64,000 nt of DNA, from positions 259-64,258 of the forward strand of contig JAFAPI010000114.1 of NCBI GenBank assembly GCA_019247195.1, read 5' to 3'. This document shows positions 59,442 through 64,000 of the stretch, piece after piece. Position 1 is the first letter of the stretch; every line of letters starts with the position of its first letter. This stretch comes from Gammaproteobacteria bacterium. GTDB taxonomy: Bacteria > Pseudomonadota > Gammaproteobacteria > Steroidobacterales > Steroidobacteraceae. A program made the translations under genes and the position numbers. The notes below the pieces were generated by a model. The model made no database searches, was not told the origin of the DNA, and saw only the letters and a program-made list of their open reading frames with translations.

Positions 59442-60032
59442 ATGCCCGACCCAACCCCGCCGCGCGTGATCCTGGCCTCCACCTCGCCGTACCGGCGCGA
59501 GCTCCTGGCGCGGCTGGGCGTCGCCTTCGAGGTGCTCGCACCCGAGGTTGAAGAGAGTCCCCGACCCCAGGAGTTGCCCGTCGACCGCGCGCTGCGGCTT
59601 GCGGTCGCGAAGGCCCAGGCGGTAGCACAGCGGCACCCCTCGGCGCTCGTCCTGGGCAGTGACCAGGTGGCCGCGGCCGGTTCCGAGGTACTGGACAAGC
59701 CCGGCGACGCCGACCGCGCGTGCGCGCAACTGGCGACACTGAGTGGTGCGCGCGCCCGATTTCACACCGCGTGCGCGCTCCTCGGGCCCGGTGGCATCCG
59801 CCTCACCCACGTCGACACCACGACGGTGCACTTCCGGACGCTGCGCGCCGAGGAGATCGAGCGCTACGTCACGCAGGATCGGCCCTTCGACTGCGCGGGC
59901 GGTTTCAAAGTCGAAGCACTCGGGGTCGCGTTACTCGAGAGCGTGGAGAGCGAGGATCCGACCGCGCTGGTGGGACTGCCACTCATCTGGGTGGCGCAGG
60001 CGCTGCGTCAGGCGGGCTGCGCCGTGCCCTAA
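59442..60032 (+). CDS. maf: Maf-like nucleoside triphosphate pyrophosphatase (YceF-type)
   Basis: It reads ILASTSPYRRELL..LG..F and ..DCAGGFK.E.LG..L. It is divergent from yceD, as in E. coli. Confidence 0.85.
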   Translation: MPDPTPPRVILASTSPYRRELLARLGVAFEVLAPEVEESPRPQELPVDRALRLAVAKAQAVAQRHPSALVLGSDQVAAAGSEVLDKPGDADRACAQLATLSGARARFHTACALLGPGGIRLTHVDTTTVHFRTLRAEEIERYVTQDRPFDCAGGFKVEALGVALLESVESEDPTALVGLPLIWVAQALRQAGCAVP

Positions 60033-61108
60033 CGACGCGCGGCGCCGGTGCCGACGATGGCATCGAGCACGCCGGCGAGTTCGGCCGGGAGCGGGGTGTT
60101 GATGCTGAACGGCGCGCCCTGCGGCCAGGTGAAACTGAGACTGTGCGCGTGCAAGAACATGCGCGCCAGGCCGCGCGCGGCGAGCGCCCGGTTGAACTCC
60201 GCGTCACCGTACTTCTCATCGCCCGCGACGGGATGTCCGGCGTGCTCGGCGTGCACGCGGATCTGGTGCGTACGGCCGGTCTCGAGCGAAACTTCCACCA
60301 GCGTCGCCAGGCGGCCGAAGAACTGCACGGGGCGGAACCTGCTCACCGCCGCCTTGCCCGCCGCCGCGGCGCGCACCGTGCGCTCCCCGCCAACCCGCAG
60401 GTCGGTACGCAAGGGCACATCGAGGCGCTTGGTGCCGAGATTCCATCGTCCGCGCAGCAGCGCGAGGTAGCGTTTCTCCACCGCCCCCTCGCGCAGCAGC
60501 GCATGGAGCGTGCGAAGGACCGAGGAGCGCCGGGCCACGATCAGACAGCCGCTCGTGTCCCGGTCCAGCCGATGCGCGAGCTCGAGGGGCTCTCCCGGCC
60601 GCAGCGCACGCAGGCCCTCGATCACGCCGAAGCTGACGCCGCTTCCCCCGTGCACCGCAATCCCGGCCGGCTTATCCAGGACCAGGATGCGCTCGTCCTC
60701 GTACACGATGGCCTGCGCGAGACGCTGCAGCAGCCCCGCCGCCGGGACCGTCGGCTCAGGCGCCGGCGCGCTGCGCAGCGGGGGGATGCGCACCCGGTCA
60801 TGCTCGGCCAGGCGGGTTTCCGGCCCGGCCCGCCGCCCGTTCACCCGCACCTCGCCCTTACGGATCACGCGATAGACGCGGCTGCGGGGTACGCCGGCGA
60901 GATGGCGGTGCAGGAAGTTATCGAGCCGCTGCCCCGCATCCTCGGCGGCCACCTCGACGTGCTTCACCGGGGTGCGGGGAGCGGTGCTTTCGGGCTCCGG
61001 CAAGGGGTCCTCTGCGTAAAGCGTTGTTTCTACTATGATCTGTAGAGTATACTCGCGGCGTCGTCCGCCACGTTCGGACGCGCCAGTGGTGGCGGCTGCG
61101 TCTGCCAC
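60029..61108 (-). CDS. rluC: 23S rRNA pseudouridine synthase RluC (RluA family with S4 domain)
   Basis: The S4 domain reads GQRLDNFL...L.GVPRS.VYR.IRKGEVRVNG.R. The catalytic block is HRLDRDTSGCL..A. It is divergent from rne. The true start is probably downstream of 61108. Confidence 0.85.
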   Translation of the reverse strand: MADAAATTGASERGGRRREYTLQIIVETTLYAEDPLPEPESTAPRTPVKHVEVAAEDAGQRLDNFLHRHLAGVPRSRVYRVIRKGEVRVNGRRAGPETRLAEHDRVRIPPLRSAPAPEPTVPAAGLLQRLAQAIVYEDERILVLDKPAGIAVHGGSGVSFGVIEGLRALRPGEPLELAHRLDRDTSGCLIVARRSSVLRTLHALLREGAVEKRYLALLRGRWNLGTKRLDVPLRTDLRVGGERTVRAAAAGKAAVSRFRPVQFFGRLATLVEVSLETGRTHQIRVHAEHAGHPVAGDEKYGDAEFNRALAARGLARMFLHAHSLSFTWPQGAPFSINTPLPAELAGVLDAIVGTGAARR

Positions 61109-61380
61109 CTTAGTTGGACCTCTTAATTCGAGGCCATCGCTTGGGCCGACAGGATCGCGCCAGTCGCGTCGAATCTCGATCTCGAGTTCCGCGGCGGGTG
61201 CCGTCGGTTGAGTTCACCGAAGGGTTCTCTTAGCCGCACTGCTAAAGCAGGCGGTCGTGCACGTGAATAACGAGACTCGCTTTCATTCGCCCGTCTTAAG
61301 CACCCCTCGTAGTCGCGGCGCCCTGCGCCCGCGGCCTCCCGACGTATCCTGCCCGGCCCTTTACCGCACAGTAGGGGCAC
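61109..61380 (+). promoter_or_regulatory. rne promoter and long 5' leader (likely autoregulatory)
   Basis: This is a 272-nt non-coding spacer of lower GC between divergent rluC and rne. The E. coli rne leader of similar size mediates RNase E autoregulation. I did not verify any structure here. Confidence 0.4.
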
Positions 61381-63777
61381 ATGAAGAGAATGCTTGTGAA
61401 TGCAACTCAGGAAGAGGAGTTGCGCGTCGCTCTGGTTGATGGTCAGAAGCTGTTTGACCTGAGTATCGATTTACCGTCCCGCGAACAGAAAAAAGCGAAC
61501 GTCTACAAGGCCCGCATCGCCCGCATCGAGCCCTCGCTCGAGGCCTGCTTCGTCGACTACGGATCCCCGCGCCATGGCTTCCTGCCGCTGAAGGAGGTCT
61601 CGAAGGAGTACTTCCGCCAACAGCCGCAGGGTGGGCGCATGAACATCCGCGAGCTCCTCAGCGAAGGCCAGGAGCTCATGGTGCAGGTGGAGAAGGAGGA
61701 ACGCGGCACCAAGGGAGCCGCGCTCACCACCTTCATCAGCCTCGCCGGGCGCTTCCTGGTGCTGATGCCGAACAATCCGCGCGCCGGCGGGGTGTCGCGC
61801 CGCATCGAGGGCGAGGACCGCGACCAGATGCGCGAGGTGATGAGCCAGCTGCAGATCCCGGACGGCATGGGCGCGATCGTGCGCACCGCCGGCGTGGGGC
61901 GCTCGGCGCAGGAGCTGCAGTGGGACCTGGACAACCTCAAGGTCCAGTGGGAGCAGATCGAGGCGGCGGCCCGCGACCGCGGTGCACCGTTCCTCGTGTT
62001 CCGTGAAAGCGATGCCGTGACGCGCAGCATGCGCGACTACCTCTCCGACGATATCGGCGAGGTGCTCGTGGACGATCCGGCCGCCTTCCAGAAGGCGCAG
62101 GAGTACATGCAGCGCTTCATGCCGGCCGACGCCCAACGTCGCCTCAAGCTCTACACCGACGATATCCCGCTCTTCACCCGCTTCCAGATCGAGAGCCAGA
62201 TCGAATCGGCGTACGCGCACAAGGTGCAGCTGCCGTCCGGTGGCAGCATCGTCATCGACTACACCGAGGCGCTGGTGTCGATCGACATCAACTCCGCCCG
62301 TGCCACCCGCGGCAGTGACATCGAGACCACCGCCACCAACACCAATCTCGAGGCGGCCGAGGAGATCGCACGCCAGCTGCGCATCCGCGACATCGGTGGC
62401 CTGATCGTCATCGATTTCATCGACATGGAGTCGGCCAAGAACCAGCGCGAGGTCGAGGACCGGCTGCGCGATGCGATGCGCATGGACCGCGCCCGCATCC
62501 AGATCGGTCGCCTGTCGCGCTTCGGCCTGCTCGAGATGTCGCGGCAGCGGCTGCGCCCCTCGCTCGGTGAGTCGAGTCATATCGTCTGCCCGCGCTGCGT
62601 CGGGATCGGCAGCATCCGCAGCGTCGAGTCCATGACGCTGGCGGTGCTGCGCCTGATCGGCGAGGAGCTGCGCAAGGACCGCACCGCGCGCGTCATCGCC
62701 CAGGTGCCGGTGCCGGTCGCGACCTATCTCATCAATGAGAAGCGCGAGTGGCTGCGCACGCTCGAGGACAAGAGCGAGGCGGAGCTGATCATCGTTCCCA
62801 ACGAGAACATCCAGACGCCTGAGTATTCGATCAAGCGCGTGCGCGATGACGAGATCGATCAGCCCGAGCATCGTCAGGCCACCTACCTCATGCCCACCAC
62901 CCCGGAGGTCAGCGAGCCGGGGTCGGCCCAGGAGCGCAAGCCTCAACCGGAAGCGCCGGCCGTGGCGACCTTGCTGCCGAGCACGGCGGCACCCATCGCC
63001 CCGACGCCCCCGGCGCCAACGCCGGTCGCGGCGGCCCAGGGCGGCGGCTTCTGGGCGCGGTTCAAGAAGATCCTGGCCGGGGAGCCGGTGGCCACTTCCG
63101 AGCAGGAGCCCCCCGAGGCGGCGGCGCCGCCCGCGCGCGCGCCGCGGCGCGAGGACGCACGGCCGGAAGGCCGACGCGATCGCTCACGCGCCCGCTATGC
63201 AGAGGGTCCGCGGCGTGACCGCGGCGAAGGTCGCGGGGGTGAAGGCCGCGAGCGCGGGCGACGCGATCGGGACCGCAGCCGCGACGGCAACCGGCGTCCG
63301 GAGCGCGGCCCACGGGAGGGCAACCGCGACGCTGCGCGGGAGCCGGCGATGAGTGGCGCCGCTGCGGATTCGGCCATGCATCCCGCGCCGGCCTCGGGCG
63401 GTCCCGAGGCCCGCCTGGAGCGGGGCGAGGGCCGGGGTCGGCGACGCGGTCGGCGTCGCGGACGGCGCGGCGGCGGGGGGTCCCGGACAGATATGCCCCC
63501 GGCAGGCACGAGCGGTAGCGGGGAGCCGCGCACCGAGGCGATGGAGGCGGTCGCACCCTCCAGTGCGCCGGGCAACGGCTTCACCGAAGCGCCCCCTGCG
63601 GCGGCCGATGCGCCCGCCGTGCGTCACTTTCACGCCGAGCCCCGGGAAGCTGTGCCGCACGAGCCGGCGCCGCTGGCGCACTTTGAGCCGCCGCCGAAGC
63701 ACGACGACAGCAAACCGTACGTCGTGTGGTCATCCGCGCCCACCGATCACAGCGGGACGCGGGGTTCCGAGGAGTAA
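61381..63777 (+). CDS. rne: Ribonuclease E
   Basis: [26 protein letters not shown] is almost identical to the E. coli RNase E N-terminus. The catalytic half is conserved and is followed by an Arg/Pro/Glu-rich scaffold region. Confidence 0.95.
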   Translation: MKRMLVNATQEEELRVALVDGQKLFDLSIDLPSREQKKANVYKARIARIEPSLEACFVDYGSPRHGFLPLKEVSKEYFRQQPQGGRMNIRELLSEGQELMVQVEKEERGTKGAALTTFISLAGRFLVLMPNNPRAGGVSRRIEGEDRDQMREVMSQLQIPDGMGAIVRTAGVGRSAQELQWDLDNLKVQWEQIEAAARDRGAPFLVFRESDAVTRSMRDYLSDDIGEVLVDDPAAFQKAQEYMQRFMPADAQRRLKLYTDDIPLFTRFQIESQIESAYAHKVQLPSGGSIVIDYTEALVSIDINSARATRGSDIETTATNTNLEAAEEIARQLRIRDIGGLIVIDFIDMESAKNQREVEDRLRDAMRMDRARIQIGRLSRFGLLEMSRQRLRPSLGESSHIVCPRCVGIGSIRSVESMTLAVLRLIGEELRKDRTARVIAQVPVPVATYLINEKREWLRTLEDKSEAELIIVPNENIQTPEYSIKRVRDDEIDQPEHRQATYLMPTTPEVSEPGSAQERKPQPEAPAVATLLPSTAAPIAPTPPAPTPVAAAQGGGFWARFKKILAGEPVATSEQEPPEAAAPPARAPRREDARPEGRRDRSRARYAEGPRRDRGEGRGGEGRERGRRDRDRSRDGNRRPERGPREGNRDAAREPAMSGAAADSAMHPAPASGGPEARLERGEGRGRRRGRRRGRRGGGGSRTDMPPAGTSGSGEPRTEAMEAVAPSSAPGNGFTEAPPAAADAPAVRHFHAEPREAVPHEPAPLAHFEPPPKHDDSKPYVVWSSAPTDHSGTRGSEE

Positions 63778-63778
63778 G

Positions 63779-64000
63779 TCAGGCGGCGCGGGCGCGCTGG
63801 CGCAGATGCGCCAGCAGCCCGCGTACGGCTGCCTCGATCAGGTCGAGGACGTGCTCGAAGCCGTTGGGCCCGCCGTAGTACGGATCAGGCACTTCGCGCA
63901 GCTCGCCCTCCGGCGCGAACTCCAGGAGCAGCCGCAGCCGCTCATGGGCCGCGCGCGGCGCCCGCTGCCGCAGCACGCGCAGGTTCTGGGCATCCATCGC
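63779..64000 (-). CDS. Low-molecular-weight protein-tyrosine phosphatase, C-terminal part (N-terminus beyond the window)
   Basis: The frame is open to the window edge. The conserved VPDPYYGG..GFE.V..LI motif of LMW-PTP/ArsC-fold phosphatases is present. Confidence 0.7.
   Translation of the reverse strand, partial: AMDAQNLRVLRQRAPRAAHERLRLLLEFAPEGELREVPDPYYGGPNGFEHVLDLIEAAVRGLLAHLRQRARAA

Overview
Visibly GC-rich chromosomal segment, most likely from a gammaproteobacterium. This is inferred from E. coli-like syntenies: trxB next to ftsK-lolA-rarA-serS, aat-infA-clpA-clpS, yceD-rpmF-plsX-fabH with divergent maf, and rluC divergent from rne. I call about 60 protein genes and one tRNA-Ser(UGA).

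The right part (32-64 kb) is core housekeeping, plus a gspCDEF type II secretion block and a lexA-imuA-imuB-dnaE2 SOS mutagenesis cassette with two canonical CTGT-N8-ACAG LexA boxes.

The left part (0-32 kb) is more accessory. It contains:
- an MttB-family methyltransferase with a RamA-like activase fragment
- glcDE
- a TTQ amine dehydrogenase system split in two: mauED at 8.9-10.0 kb, and mauB-mauA plus two mono-haem cytochromes c at 24.6-27.1 kb
- purU and a GFA-family gene
- a secreted S9 peptidase
- a TonB-dependent receptor and an IclR-plus-permease unit
- a self-contained, translationally coupled four-gene cassette at 14.9-18.8 kb (FkbH-like loader, ACP, CE4 deacetylase-like protein, putative acyltransferase) with no polyketide, glycosyltransferase or export genes nearby

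I found no CRISPR array, transposase, integrase or recognisable phage-defence genes.

The best candidates for something undescribed are:
- the orphan FkbH/ACP/CE4/acyltransferase cassette, together with the adjacent lipoprotein/beta-barrel pair
- the stripped-down, split mau system
- a rare AT-rich operator-like motif (ATCGAT-N-ATCGAT) that occurs both in front of the IclR gene and in the mauB control region

All functional calls come from by-eye motif and family recognition. No database search was run.
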